From NCBI GenBank assembly GCA_004213955.1, contig SGZL01000004.1, forward strand, positions 4,235-68,234: DNA of 64,000 bases, in the 5' to 3' direction. The DNA is from Gammaproteobacteria bacterium. GTDB lineage: Bacteria > Pseudomonadota > Gammaproteobacteria > Magnimaribacterales > AG-339-G14. Below the pieces are notes generated by a model that saw nothing but the letters and a program-made list of their open reading frames with translations, ran no database searches and was not told the origin of the DNA. Positions 54,806 through 64,000 of the stretch are shown here, piece by piece. Both the position numbers and the translations under genes were made by a program. How positions within the stretch are numbered: position 1 is the stretch's first letter; each line of letters begins with the position of its first letter.

Positions 54806-56844
54806 AAATTATTTAAAAAACCGTCTAAATCTGAGTAACCAATGATATCAATGTTTAATTGTTTTGCCTTAGATAGCTTTGAGCCAGGATCTTCGCCTGC
54901 AATCAGATAGTCAGTTTTCTTCGAAAGACTATTAGATACTTTAGCCCCAAGATTTTCTAATTTCAACTTAAGAGATTCTCTTGAGTAATTTGATAGTTTT
55001 CCAGTTATAACAATAACTTTACTTGTCAAATGACTTTCTTTTACCTGAATCGGAGGTTTAAGATCTAAACCTAATTTTAATAGCTCTTCCAGAATTTTTT
55101 TATTTGAGTCGCTTTTAAAAAAGTTTTCTAAATTTGCTGCTGCAACTTCTCCGACATCATTCACTTCCAAATAATCTTCATATTTGATAGAAAAAAAACT
55201 TTCTAAGTTTTCAAAATACTTCGATAGATTTTTAGAAGTTTCTATACCGATTTCCTTTATACCTAAAGCGTAAATAAATCTATGTAAATCGGTATTAAGA
55301 CTCTCATTTAAAGAATCGAGTAGTTTATCGGCAGACTTCTCTGCAAAGCCTTCCAAAGACAATATATCTTCTTCATTTAATCTATAAAGATCTGGAAGTG
55401 AGGTGACAAGTTCTTTATCAACAAAAATATCAATAGTCTTTTGTCCTAATCCATCGATATCCATAGCATTTCTTGAAACAAAATGTTTTAAAGTTTCTTT
55501 AAACTGTGAAAACCCATAACAATTTTTATTATTTGTTGTTAATACATCAGTATTCAGCAAAGGAGTATTAGACTCAAAAAAAGAAATTGTATTGTCACAT
55601 GTTGGACATGTATTTGGAGGAGAAATAGTTTTGCTACCATCTTCTCTTTTCTTTAAAACCACTTCTTTTATTTTTGGTATTACATCACCAGCTCTGATAA
55701 TTTTTACATAATCGTTTTCTCTTACATCGAGTCTTTTTACCTCATCCATATTATGTAAAGTAGCATTGGAAATAGTTACGCCACCCAGTTTCACTGGTTC
55801 TAAATTTGCTACAGGAGTAAGAACGCCAGTTCTGCCCATTTGAAAAGAAATGCTTAATATTCTACTTTCTCCTTCTTCTGCCGGAAATTTTTTTGCAATC
55901 GCCCATCTAGGAGATCTAGATGAGTTACCGAGTTTTTCTTGAATTGCTTTACTATTAATTTTTACAACAATTCCATCAATTTCATAATTCAATTTATTTC
56001 TTTTTTCAGTAAGTAAATCAATAAGACCGGCTGCTTCATCAAGGTTATTACAGACATTAACTTCTTTTGAAATAGGTAATCCCCATTTATTAAATTTTTT
56101 AAGCATTTCGTCCTGAGTTTCAAAAAAATTTCTATCTGAAACTAAACCGATGCTGTGACAAAAGATCTTTAGAGGCCTCTTAGCTGCTATAGATGAATCT
56201 AACTGTCTAATACTTCCAGCTACAAAGTTTCTAGGATTGGCAAAAACTTTTTTATTATTTTTTTTAAAATCTTTATTGATTAAACTAAAATCATTTAATT
56301 CAATGAATATTTCCCCTCTAACTTCCATCTTTTTTGGGAAATCTATACTGGTTCTATTCAAAGTCATTGGAATTTCAGGAATTGTTAGTACATTATGAGT
56401 AACATCCTCTCCTACAAAACCATCTCCCCTAGTACCGGCTCGCAATAAATTTCCATTTTCATAAAAAAGACTTATTGCAACACCATCAATTTTAGGCTCC
56501 ACAAGGTACGAAAAATCTATATTTTCTTTTAGTTTATTTAAATTTCTTTTCTCAAAGTCTTTTAAGTCTTCACTAGAAAAAGCATTATCTAATGAAAGCA
56601 TTGGCAATCCGTGCTCAAAGGGGGTTAATTCCGATAATTTTTTTCCACCTACCATTCTTGATGGAGAGTCAGTAGTGTCTATGAAAGCATTATTTTTTTC
56701 TAGCTCTTTAAGTTGTTTGAATAAAAGATCAAATTCTTGATCAGTAATATCAGGATCATCTTGAGAGTGATACTTCTCATTATGAAATTTAATTTTTTCC
56801 TTTAAATTCTTATATTCTTTTTGGATATCTTTTTTCGATACCAT
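54802..56844 (-). CDS. ligA: NAD-dependent DNA ligase
   Basis: 680 aa with the EPKIDGVA adenylation Lys motif, an OB fold, a CPTC zinc-finger start, HhH repeats (FIYALGIKEIG) and a C-terminal BRCT (VITGKL...DYLIAGEDPGSKLSKA). Confidence 0.95.
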   Translation of the reverse strand: MVSKKDIQKEYKNLKEKIKFHNEKYHSQDDPDITDQEFDLLFKQLKELEKNNAFIDTTDSPSRMVGGKKLSELTPFEHGLPMLSLDNAFSSEDLKDFEKRNLNKLKENIDFSYLVEPKIDGVAISLFYENGNLLRAGTRGDGFVGEDVTHNVLTIPEIPMTLNRTSIDFPKKMEVRGEIFIELNDFSLINKDFKKNNKKVFANPRNFVAGSIRQLDSSIAAKRPLKIFCHSIGLVSDRNFFETQDEMLKKFNKWGLPISKEVNVCNNLDEAAGLIDLLTEKRNKLNYEIDGIVVKINSKAIQEKLGNSSRSPRWAIAKKFPAEEGESRILSISFQMGRTGVLTPVANLEPVKLGGVTISNATLHNMDEVKRLDVRENDYVKIIRAGDVIPKIKEVVLKKREDGSKTISPPNTCPTCDNTISFFESNTPLLNTDVLTTNNKNCYGFSQFKETLKHFVSRNAMDIDGLGQKTIDIFVDKELVTSLPDLYRLNEEDILSLEGFAEKSADKLLDSLNESLNTDLHRFIYALGIKEIGIETSKNLSKYFENLESFFSIKYEDYLEVNDVGEVAAANLENFFKSDSNKKILEELLKLGLDLKPPIQVKESHLTSKVIVITGKLSNYSRESLKLKLENLGAKVSNSLSKKTDYLIAGEDPGSKLSKAKQLNIDIIGYSDLDGFLNNL

Positions 56845-56847
56845 AGA

Positions 56848-57510
56848 TTATGAGATATTGTTGAGATCAAACTCTTCTGCCATTTGTGAATAATGCTCAA
56901 CCATTTGTTGAGTTAAAGAGTTTCTATCGGAATCTAGAATTTGAGTAGAAAAATTCATAGCAGTATTTTCAGAAAATTTTATTATTTGCGAAAGAGCATT
57001 GACCGAATTACTTTTAGGCTTTAAGGAATAAATTAATGTCATTATGGATGTAGATAAAATGTTTTCCTCTTCAGAAAATTTGCCCGGATTTAATCCGTTA
57101 ACAAACATAAAATTATCGCCATCTTCTAACAATATTTTGAACCATCCGCCTTCATCTTTATAACTCACTTCAGAATTATCTAGATAATCTATTAATCCTT
57201 TATAGGTGAAAACATTTTCATCAGCCTCTAAATGAAGCGTTATCAAATTTGATTTTTCCTCTGAACGAAAAACAGATTCATATTCAACGTCTTCATCTAC
57301 AAAATCTTCAGATGCTTTCTCAATATCAGAATTCAATATTTCTTCTTCATCGGTTTTTTGTGCTGGTTCAAATAATTCACGAGAATTTACTTTTTTACTA
57401 ATTTCTATAGCTGTTTTCTTTCCAAAAAAAATTCTTCTGAAAATTAGAAGTAATGTGACTGAAATCGCTATTCCAAGAAGCAAGATAATTATTTCGTTAA
57501 TAGTCATCAT
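56848..57510 (-). CDS. zipA: Cell-division protein ZipA homologue (short)
   Basis: 220 aa with an N-terminal TM anchor, an acidic linker and a globular C-domain. It sits between smc and ligA, as in many gammaproteobacteria. The call relies mainly on synteny and architecture. Confidence 0.65.
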   Translation of the reverse strand: MMTINEIIILLLGIAISVTLLLIFRRIFFGKKTAIEISKKVNSRELFEPAQKTDEEEILNSDIEKASEDFVDEDVEYESVFRSEEKSNLITLHLEADENVFTYKGLIDYLDNSEVSYKDEGGWFKILLEDGDNFMFVNGLNPGKFSEEENILSTSIMTLIYSLKPKSNSVNALSQIIKFSENTAMNFSTQILDSDRNSLTQQMVEHYSQMAEEFDLNNIS

Positions 57511-59939
57511 ACTGCTGCTAATTTCATTGCTTCGTTAATATCAACAGTAACCAATCTAGAAACTCCTGGTTCTTGCATCGTGACACCAATTAAATGCTTA
57601 CTTTTTTCCATAGAAATTTTGTTATGAGTAACAAAAATAAATTGAACCTGATTCGACATTTCTTCTACCATGTTAATAAATCTAGAAGTGTTAAAGTCAT
57701 CCAAAGGAGCATCAATTTCATCTAAGATGCAAAATGGAGCGGGGTTTAAAGAAAAGAAAGAAAAAACTAATGCTATGGCTGAAAGAGCTTTTTCACCACC
57801 AGACAGTTGAGAAACATTCACATTTTTTTTGCCTGGCGGCATTGCTTTAAAAATGATACCAGTATCTAAAATATCATCTGAAGTTGTCTCTAATTTTGCA
57901 TGTCCTCCACCAAAAAGTTTAGGGAATAGCTCACCAATTTTAATATTTAAATTATCATAAGTGTCTTTGAAGAGAGTTTTAGACTCTAAATCTATTTTTT
58001 TAATTGCATTCTCTAATGTTTTTAATGCACTTTCTAATTCATCAATTTGGTTAACTATCTCCTGTTTTCTTTCTTCTTCAATTTTAAATTCTTCAGTCGC
58101 TGCAAGATTAATTGGCCCTATTCTTTCAATTGATCTTTCAATATTTGTTATGTTTTCAATAAACTTTTCTTCATTATCATCAGAAGATAATTCGTCTATG
58201 AGAAGTTTTATATCAAAACCTTCTTTTTCTAATTGTTTTAAATAAATTTCTGCTTCAGATAGATAACCTTGTCTATTGATTTTTGAATCCTGTGAATCTT
58301 TTCTTATTTGATCTAGCTCCAAATCACAATCATGTAATGATCTTTCCATCGTTCTAATGCTTTCAGATAAACTAGAAAATTCGTTTCTAATTTCTGTCAA
58401 AGAGTCTTCTACAGAGCTTCTAGACTCTAACAAGGGTTTAATATCTACTTCTAGTTTTTTTATTGGATCTTCTAGAGACTCCATCTCAGAATTAATCTGT
58501 ATAAGAAGATTTTTTTTATTATTTTCATCTTTAAGAATAGAATCTTGCTCTCCGGAAACTTGGGCAATTTTTACCTTGAGATTTGTAATTTCGGAACTTA
58601 AGCTGAGCAGCTTATCTTTTTGAACTACAAATTTTTCTTCCTGTTCAGATGTTTGATTCTCTATAGCCTCAATCAATTTTTTTATTTTTGAATCAAACTT
58701 AACAATAGATTGATAAGTAGACTCTAATTGACTAACGTCGAAGGATTTAAAATCTCTTCGATAATTTTCAACATTTACCTTTAACTGCTCCATTTCAATT
58801 GAAATCTGTTTTGATAAGAATATTGGAGATAAAGCTCCATCAAGTTCAGCAATAGAAGCATCCATTTTTTCTAATAGTGGCTCCTTTATTTTCAGTTCGG
58901 ATTGAAGATCTTCAAGTTTTTTATCATTTATAACCTGAAGCCCCTCAAAATCTTTTAAGTCATTTTGAAGATTTTCTTTTTGAGTGGCTAAGTCAGTTTT
59001 CTTGCCCTTTAAAAAAACCAATTCCTGTTCAGATTTAGAAAGTTTAGCCCCACTTGAATAGAACTCTTCTTGAGTTTTATTTATTTCTAGTTGTATTTCA
59101 TCTTGTCTAACCTTCGACTTATCAATAGAAGACTGAATGCCTTGTTTGTTTGAATTTATTTTTTCTATTTGAAGTTCTATATCCTTAATGGATAAGTTTA
59201 ATTTTGAGGCGGCTTCATTTCTTTGTTGCCAATTAAAGGCTTTAAGTAATGAATTTAATTTTTTTTCTTTTTTCTTTAAATCGTTATATCTCTCTGCAGA
59301 CTTTACTTGTTGTTTTAATTTTAAAAGCTGTCGATCAATCTCATCTTTTAAGTCAGAAACTCTACTTAAATTTTCTTTTGTCCTTTTAATTCTAGATTCC
59401 GTTTCTTTTCTTCTTTCTTTATAAACAGATATACCGGCAACCTCTTCTATATAGGCTCTTAGCTCCTCAGGTTTGGAACTTATTAATTTAGTAGCCATTT
59501 CTTGCTCAATGACAGCATAACTTCTAGGTCCCAGTCCTGTACCAAGGAAAATATCAGTAATATCTTTTCTCCTACATTCCGAGTTATTCAGGTAATAAGT
59601 TGATTTACCGTCTATATCTACAGTTCTTTTAACGCTTATTTCTGAATAGGATGAATACTCCCCGCCTATTCTGCCGTCATCGTTATCAAATAAAAGCTCA
59701 ACCGATGCTCTAGCCGATGGTGCTCTTGAAGAAGACCCATTGAAAATAATATCGGCCATAGAATCGCCTCGAAGGTTTTTAGCTGAGATTTCTCCCATCA
59801 CCCATCTAACCGCATCAATAATATTAGATTTCCCGCAACCATTCGGGCCAACGACACCTGACATTTCGCTAGGGAAGGCAATCTTCGTTGGATCAACGAA
59901 AGATTTAAAACCTGATAGGCTAATATTTTTTAACCTCAT
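57507..59939 (-). CDS. smc: SMC-family chromosome segregation ATPase, unusually short (810 aa)
   Basis: The N-terminus MRLKNISLSGFKSF...GPNGCGKSNIIDAVRWVMGE is an SMC-type Walker A head. The C-terminus has LSGGEKALSAIALVFS (signature motif), FCILDEIDAPLDD (Walker B) and FIFVTHN (D-loop/H-loop region). The roughly 440 aa between them are heptad-like. Confidence 0.85.
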   Translation of the reverse strand: MRLKNISLSGFKSFVDPTKIAFPSEMSGVVGPNGCGKSNIIDAVRWVMGEISAKNLRGDSMADIIFNGSSSRAPSARASVELLFDNDDGRIGGEYSSYSEISVKRTVDIDGKSTYYLNNSECRRKDITDIFLGTGLGPRSYAVIEQEMATKLISSKPEELRAYIEEVAGISVYKERRKETESRIKRTKENLSRVSDLKDEIDRQLLKLKQQVKSAERYNDLKKKEKKLNSLLKAFNWQQRNEAASKLNLSIKDIELQIEKINSNKQGIQSSIDKSKVRQDEIQLEINKTQEEFYSSGAKLSKSEQELVFLKGKKTDLATQKENLQNDLKDFEGLQVINDKKLEDLQSELKIKEPLLEKMDASIAELDGALSPIFLSKQISIEMEQLKVNVENYRRDFKSFDVSQLESTYQSIVKFDSKIKKLIEAIENQTSEQEEKFVVQKDKLLSLSSEITNLKVKIAQVSGEQDSILKDENNKKNLLIQINSEMESLEDPIKKLEVDIKPLLESRSSVEDSLTEIRNEFSSLSESIRTMERSLHDCDLELDQIRKDSQDSKINRQGYLSEAEIYLKQLEKEGFDIKLLIDELSSDDNEEKFIENITNIERSIERIGPINLAATEEFKIEEERKQEIVNQIDELESALKTLENAIKKIDLESKTLFKDTYDNLNIKIGELFPKLFGGGHAKLETTSDDILDTGIIFKAMPPGKKNVNVSQLSGGEKALSAIALVFSFFSLNPAPFCILDEIDAPLDDFNTSRFINMVEEMSNQVQFIFVTHNKISMEKSKHLIGVTMQEPGVSRLVTVDINEAMKLAAV

Positions 59940-59993
59940 ATCTTTATAGAAAACACTATTTTATACGATTTCTACAAATCAATCATGAAAAGA

Positions 59994-60557
59994 TTAAGGT
60001 TCCAATGCATTAATTGCAGAATTCATAACAATAATTAAAGATTTTTTTTCTTCATCCGACTCAACATTGTCTAATGCGATAGCCCAATGTTTGAGAGACT
60101 CTTGATAATTTTTTTCGTTATAAAAGAAAAGTCCTTTTAAGGTTAAAGCTTTGTAGTTTGAAGGATCTAAAAATAATGAATTTTCTATATTTTCTAAAAT
60201 AAATTCATCAAAAACCTTCAAATTTTTTAAATATAAAGACTCTGCATATCTCGCATAAATATCTGAATCAATTAGATTAGGATATTTATCAATAAATTCT
60301 TTATAAACCCGTGATGACTGACTATAAAATTCTTTAGAAGATAAATCGGCTGCAAGCAAATAAAGTTGTTCTGATGAAAGTCTACTTTCTAGTAATTGAT
60401 CAATATTGTCTAAAAGATTTTCCCTTAAGACTTGTGTTTCAGAGTTCTTATAAAAATAGGAAAATTGTAGACTCTTGAAATTTTCCAATCCAAAAAAATA
60501 GAGATACACAAATATAGTTAATCCTAACGAGATAATAATACTTCTGTTTTGATTCAT
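59994..60557 (-). CDS. ccmI: TPR-repeat cytochrome c maturation protein, CcmI/CycH-like
   Basis: 187 aa with one TM helix plus TPR-like repeats. It lies immediately downstream of ccmH with a 4-nt overlap. Confidence 0.55.
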   Translation of the reverse strand: MNQNRSIIISLGLTIFVYLYFFGLENFKSLQFSYFYKNSETQVLRENLLDNIDQLLESRLSSEQLYLLAADLSSKEFYSQSSRVYKEFIDKYPNLIDSDIYARYAESLYLKNLKVFDEFILENIENSLFLDPSNYKALTLKGLFFYNEKNYQESLKHWAIALDNVESDEEKKSLIIVMNSAINALEP

Positions 60558-60928
60558 TTATTTTTTACTTTGATTAGAAAGAATAATGAAAAGAAAACTA
60601 AAGCTAAGGGGAAGAAATATAATAATAGCGTTGATAAATTCCTTGGAGGAGCAAACAAAACTTCATCTCCGAATTTACTAGCAACTTCATTCTTGATCTC
60701 AGATTTAGTTTTTCCGTTTTTTATCTCATTGTATATAAACTCTTTTATATCCAGAGCAATAGGAGCAGATGAACCGCTGACGTTAGAGCCAGCGCAAAGC
60801 GGACATCCAATTTCATAAGTTAATTCGTCAAACAGTTCTTTTTGAGTTTCGGATTTAAAGGAGTAAAGATTTATTTCAGAAAAACTTAGTAAAGATACAA
60901 AAGATAATAGAAATAAAAATTTATTCAT
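60554..60928 (-). CDS. ccmH: Cytochrome c-type biogenesis protein CcmH
   Basis: 124 aa with a signal peptide, a CPLC motif followed by SSAPIALDIK, and a C-terminal TM. It parallels the E. coli CcmH N-domain. Confidence 0.8.
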   Translation of the reverse strand: MNKFLFLLSFVSLLSFSEINLYSFKSETQKELFDELTYEIGCPLCAGSNVSGSSAPIALDIKEFIYNEIKNGKTKSEIKNEVASKFGDEVLFAPPRNLSTLLLYFFPLALVFFSLFFLIKVKNK

Positions 60929-61430
60929 TTATTAAAGGAAGAAATTTTTGATTCCAAATATCCTCGTTCATAATTCCAATATGTTTATATAGAATTTTAT
61001 TTTGTTTATTTACTAAATAAGTTTCGGGTGCTCCTGCCACTCCTAGTTCAAAACCCAACTCACCCTTTTGATCGAAAATATTTTTTTTGTATGGATTACC
61101 AAACTGAACGAGCCATTTGTTGGCTTTTTCTATATTATCTTTGTAATTAAGACCAATAATTTTGAAATTTTCTCGTTTCAAGTACATTAAAAATCCATGT
61201 TCCAATTTACAATTTATACACCAGGTCGCCCAAACATTAATTAATTTATACTCATTATCTGTAAATACAGAACGATCAATTTTATTTCCGCTTAAATCTG
61301 TCATCTTAAAATCAGGAATGTCAGAAACAATCAAAATGTCTTCATTTTCATAATTTAAATTCAATACAAAGAATAATGAAATTATTCCTACAAAGGCTAA
61401 GGGCAATATTATTAAATAAATTTTTTTCAT
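60921..61430 (-). CDS. ccmG: Thiol:disulfide interchange protein CcmG/DsbE
   Basis: 169 aa with an N-terminal anchor, a WATWCINC thioredoxin motif and GVAGAPETYL. Confidence 0.8.
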   Translation of the reverse strand: MKKIYLIILPLAFVGIISLFFVLNLNYENEDILIVSDIPDFKMTDLSGNKIDRSVFTDNEYKLINVWATWCINCKLEHGFLMYLKRENFKIIGLNYKDNIEKANKWLVQFGNPYKKNIFDQKGELGFELGVAGAPETYLVNKQNKILYKHIGIMNEDIWNQKFLPLINE

Positions 61431-63319
61431 CTAAATAATAATCTTCTTGAAAAAGAAAAGATTCCTCCCAAGCACATCAAAATAGCGCCGAGCCATATAA
61501 ATCTTACAAAAGGTTTTGTTTGTATCTTGGCAATCCATTCACCCGAGTCAAGCCGTTCACTCAAACTTATGTAAACATCTTCTTTCGGTGTAATCGCTAT
61601 TGCAGATTCTGTCATGATACTTCTAGATGAAGGATAAAAAGCTTTCTCAGGTTTTAGGTCAAAAGTTTTACCATTATTTTGATTCTCAACTTGAAAAATA
61701 GCTATTTGCGAATAAAAGTTAGATTCCTCTTTGAAATCTTCTGCAATCAAAGTAAATTCATAATTGCTTAATGTCGTGCTTTCTCCGATTTCTAGTATCA
61801 CCTCTTTTGAGCTAGAGTGGCTCGAAACCACTCCAATTCCAAAAATAGTTACAGCAATGCCTATATGAGCAAAATTCATACCCAAGGCACTAAAAAAAAG
61901 TTTTTTATTATCAATAGTTCTTAGAGCTGAAATTATGACTCCACCAATGATAGAAGAAACCATGATAATTCCTATGACATTAAATAAACTAAGATAATTG
62001 AATACTAAATACGAAAAAGTAAGTGAAATAAAAATTATAACAATTAAAGTAATTGAAAAAGTTCTAATTGAATTCGGTGAAGAACTCCATTTGGTAAGAA
62101 CACCATAACCTTGAAAGAAAGCCAAGAAAAAAGCTATTGGAACAGTGACAAGATTAAAATAAGGCGCTCCAACGCTTATGGTTTTTCCGCCACTAAAAAT
62201 CTCGTAAAAAATAGGATAAACAGTTCCAAATAAAATTATTACCGCAAGAATGACTAAAAATAAGTTATTGATTAACAAAAAATACTCTTTGGAGACAATT
62301 GAATAATTTATTGAATTATTGTCGGAAACATCTGATTTAAAAAAAATAAAAAAAGAATACAAAGTTATCATTAAAGTAATCAAAAGGAGTATTAGTCCTC
62401 TCTCAGGATCTAAAGCAAAAGAATGCACGGAAGTCAGGATTCCAGATCTAACTAAAAACATTCCTATAAAGCAGCCAATGATGCTGAGAATGGATAATAA
62501 AATTGTCCAATTGTTAAAAATTTTTCTTGAATTACTTACTACAGCTGAATGAAATAATGCAGTTGCTAATAGCCAAGGCACCAGTGAAGAGTTCTCCACA
62601 GGATCCCAAAACCACCATCCGCCCCATCCTAACTCGTAGTATGCCCACCAACTGCCCAAAGCAATACCGAGTGTTAAAAAAGACCAAGAAAGTACAGTCC
62701 AGTTTCTTATATGCATTGTCCAACCTTCTTTTACGTTGAAACATCGAGCAAGAGCTAAAGAAAATGGAATTACAAGACCAGCATAGCCAAAATATAAGAT
62801 TGGAGGGTGAATGGTAAAAGCAAAATCTTGCAGAAGAGGATTAAGATCTGTTCCAGACATTGAAGCAATTGGAATAAGTCTTTCGAATGGATTTGAAGAG
62901 AAAATTATAAAGCCAAGCAAAGAAAGTAAAACTAAATAGCAAAAGGAAAGTACGAGATTTTTATCTTCAATTTTTGTATACGAACTAAGTAAGCTGAAGA
63001 CCATCATCCAAATACTTATGATCAAAACAAATAATAAGAGTGACCCTTCATGACCGCCCCATAAAGCTGAAAATTTATAATATGCTGGTAGATTAGGATT
63101 CGAATTATTAGCTACATAAAGGACACTAAAATCATCCGTTAAAAAAGAAAATTCAAGTATAAGAAAACTTGCCAATAATAAAAAAAAGACAAGAAAAATA
63201 TTTTTACTAAGATCGTAAATTTTTGTATCAGCATAATATGAGTAATTAGCACTCAAAAAACTCAATACTGAGATCGAGAAAGCAAAAATTAAAAAGACAT
63301 TACCAATTTCAGGAATCAT
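61427..63319 (-). CDS. ccmF: Cytochrome c heme lyase subunit CcmF
   Basis: 630 aa, polytopic, with the W-rich motif WGGWWFWDPVENSS. Confidence 0.9.
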   Translation of the reverse strand: MIPEIGNVFLIFAFSISVLSFLSANYSYYADTKIYDLSKNIFLVFFLLLASFLILEFSFLTDDFSVLYVANNSNPNLPAYYKFSALWGGHEGSLLLFVLIISIWMMVFSLLSSYTKIEDKNLVLSFCYLVLLSLLGFIIFSSNPFERLIPIASMSGTDLNPLLQDFAFTIHPPILYFGYAGLVIPFSLALARCFNVKEGWTMHIRNWTVLSWSFLTLGIALGSWWAYYELGWGGWWFWDPVENSSLVPWLLATALFHSAVVSNSRKIFNNWTILLSILSIIGCFIGMFLVRSGILTSVHSFALDPERGLILLLITLMITLYSFFIFFKSDVSDNNSINYSIVSKEYFLLINNLFLVILAVIILFGTVYPIFYEIFSGGKTISVGAPYFNLVTVPIAFFLAFFQGYGVLTKWSSSPNSIRTFSITLIVIIFISLTFSYLVFNYLSLFNVIGIIMVSSIIGGVIISALRTIDNKKLFFSALGMNFAHIGIAVTIFGIGVVSSHSSSKEVILEIGESTTLSNYEFTLIAEDFKEESNFYSQIAIFQVENQNNGKTFDLKPEKAFYPSSRSIMTESAIAITPKEDVYISLSERLDSGEWIAKIQTKPFVRFIWLGAILMCLGGIFSFSRRLLFR

Positions 63320-63321
63320 AG

Positions 63322-63741
63322 TTACTCGAGTGCTTTCTTCACTTCTTTTGGAACATAGTTTTCATCATGCTTAGCTAATATTTCATAAGCTACAAATTCG
63401 TTAGTGCTAGCATAAAAATACCCTGTAGCAACCACCCCTTTATTTTCTTTAAATAAATCTGGTAATAATCCCTCATATGTTACTGAAACAGTATTTTTTA
63501 AATCTGTAATCTCGAAGTTAATTTTTAATGAATCTTTATTTCTTAATAAAGAATTTTCTTTAACTAATCCGCCTGCTCTAATTGATTTATCTGACATAGG
63601 TGGATTATTCTGAAGGTCGGTCGGTGAATAAAATAAATTAATATTTTCTTGCAATGCAGAAAAAACTAAAAAAATAGATATAAGAATTGAAATTCCAATA
63701 AATAAAATAACGTAAATTCTATTTTTTCTATGTTGTTTCAA
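63322..63741 (-). CDS. ccmE: Heme chaperone CcmE
   Basis: 139 aa with an N-terminal anchor, an OB-like domain and LAKHDENYVPKE (heme-binding His). The track start codon is TTG. Confidence 0.9.
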   Translation of the reverse strand: MKQHRKNRIYVILFIGISILISIFLVFSALQENINLFYSPTDLQNNPPMSDKSIRAGGLVKENSLLRNKDSLKINFEITDLKNTVSVTYEGLLPDLFKENKGVVATGYFYASTNEFVAYEILAKHDENYVPKEVKKALE

Positions 63742-63871
63742 TGTTTTTTAAACTTTTTTTTATTTTATTAAGTTTGATTAAAGGCATAAGTAAATTTATG
63801 AGAAGCACTATCACCGTCAAAATACTCACGAGAGTTAAATGAAGATGGTTATTTATTATTAATTCAATCAT
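63728..63871 (-). CDS. ccmD: Heme exporter protein CcmD (47 aa)
   Basis: Not in the track. My translation is MIELIINNHLHLTLVSILTVIVLLINLLMPLIKLNKIKKSLKNIETT*. It has a single TM, overlaps the ccmC stop (ATGATTGA) and the ccmE start, and its position fits the ccm operon order. Confidence 0.6.
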   Translation of the reverse strand: MIELIINNHLHLTLVSILTVIVLLINLLMPLIKLNKIKKSLKNIETT

Positions 63872-64000
63872 TGTTGATAACTATTTTTTTAAACCAATCT
63901 TTATTCATTTCTCTTGTTGCAATTTCAGCTCTCATGGCCATTAAGCCAAAGACAAAAACAATTAAATAAAAAGCTAAAATGCAAACCAAAAGAGGAAAAA
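63864..64000 (-). CDS. ccmC: Heme exporter protein CcmC, C-terminal fragment (gene continues beyond the window)
   Basis: My translation of the minus strand gives ...FPLLVCILAFYLIVFVFGLMAMRAEIATREMNKDWFKKIVINND*. The call rests mainly on operon position and the hydrophobic C-terminal TM. Confidence 0.55.
   Translation of the reverse strand, partial: FPLLVCILAFYLIVFVFGLMAMRAEIATREMNKDWFKKIVINND

Noticed and set aside
1-64000. Search for CRISPR arrays, transposases/IS elements, prophage or defence-system genes (restriction enzymes, nucleases, toxin-antitoxin pairs).
   Set aside because: I saw no regularly spaced repeats, and no transposase, integrase, phage-structural or nuclease motifs in any frame of the ORF track. 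The window looks like core chromosome with metabolic accessory clusters.

Overview
A 64-kb, visibly very AT-rich chromosomal segment (G+C not computed) that is almost wall-to-wall coding. I count about 70 genes, with many 1-20 nt start/stop overlaps and several convergent gene pairs whose 3' ends overlap. I found no rRNA, CRISPR array, transposase, integrase or prophage genes, and one tRNA (Leu-UAG). The smc-zipA-ligA order, the ccmCDEFGHI operon and the gene content suggest a streamlined marine gammaproteobacterium. A SAR86-like origin is only a guess. From left to right the window holds: a glutathione-related trio (GST, MAPEG, glutaredoxin); oligopeptidase B; a large DUF5916-like outer-membrane protein; a compact c-di-GMP/phosphorelay locus (EAL, DHp-REC-GGDEF, REC, and a convergent HK-REC-REC); and two haloalkane dehalogenases of different subfamilies, one a predicted lipoprotein. 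Next comes a long plus-strand lipid/acyl-CoA cluster with three acyl-CoA synthetases, SDRs, a crotonase, a TMEM164/YwaF-like membrane protein and a tandem DsbA/kappa-GST protein. This is followed by a cystathionine beta-synthase/gamma-lyase pair, GT25, purU and MscS, then a circularly permuted ATP-grasp + alpha-E + Anbu (proteasome-like) module, rlmN flanked by flavin monooxygenases, and a COG3046-type photolyase with a DUF2256 mini-gene. The right end holds several acyl-CoA dehydrogenases, then smc-zipA-ligA-SLT and the ccm operon. The items most worth a second look are: (1) an 810-aa SMC with both ATPase head halves but no recognisable hinge; (2) the transglutaminase-less ATP-grasp/alpha-E/Anbu module; (3) the phosphorelay locus, where a DHp (H-box) domain without an ATPase domain is fused to REC-GGDEF and no HPt domain is visible; (4) small unannotated ORFs, namely a 29-aa Cys-rich lipoprotein, a 42-aa very basic peptide coupled to the CBS gene, and DUF2256; (5) a photolyase homologue lacking the CxxC-x12-C cluster ligands I expected. 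All family calls rest on motif reading by eye. No searches were run.
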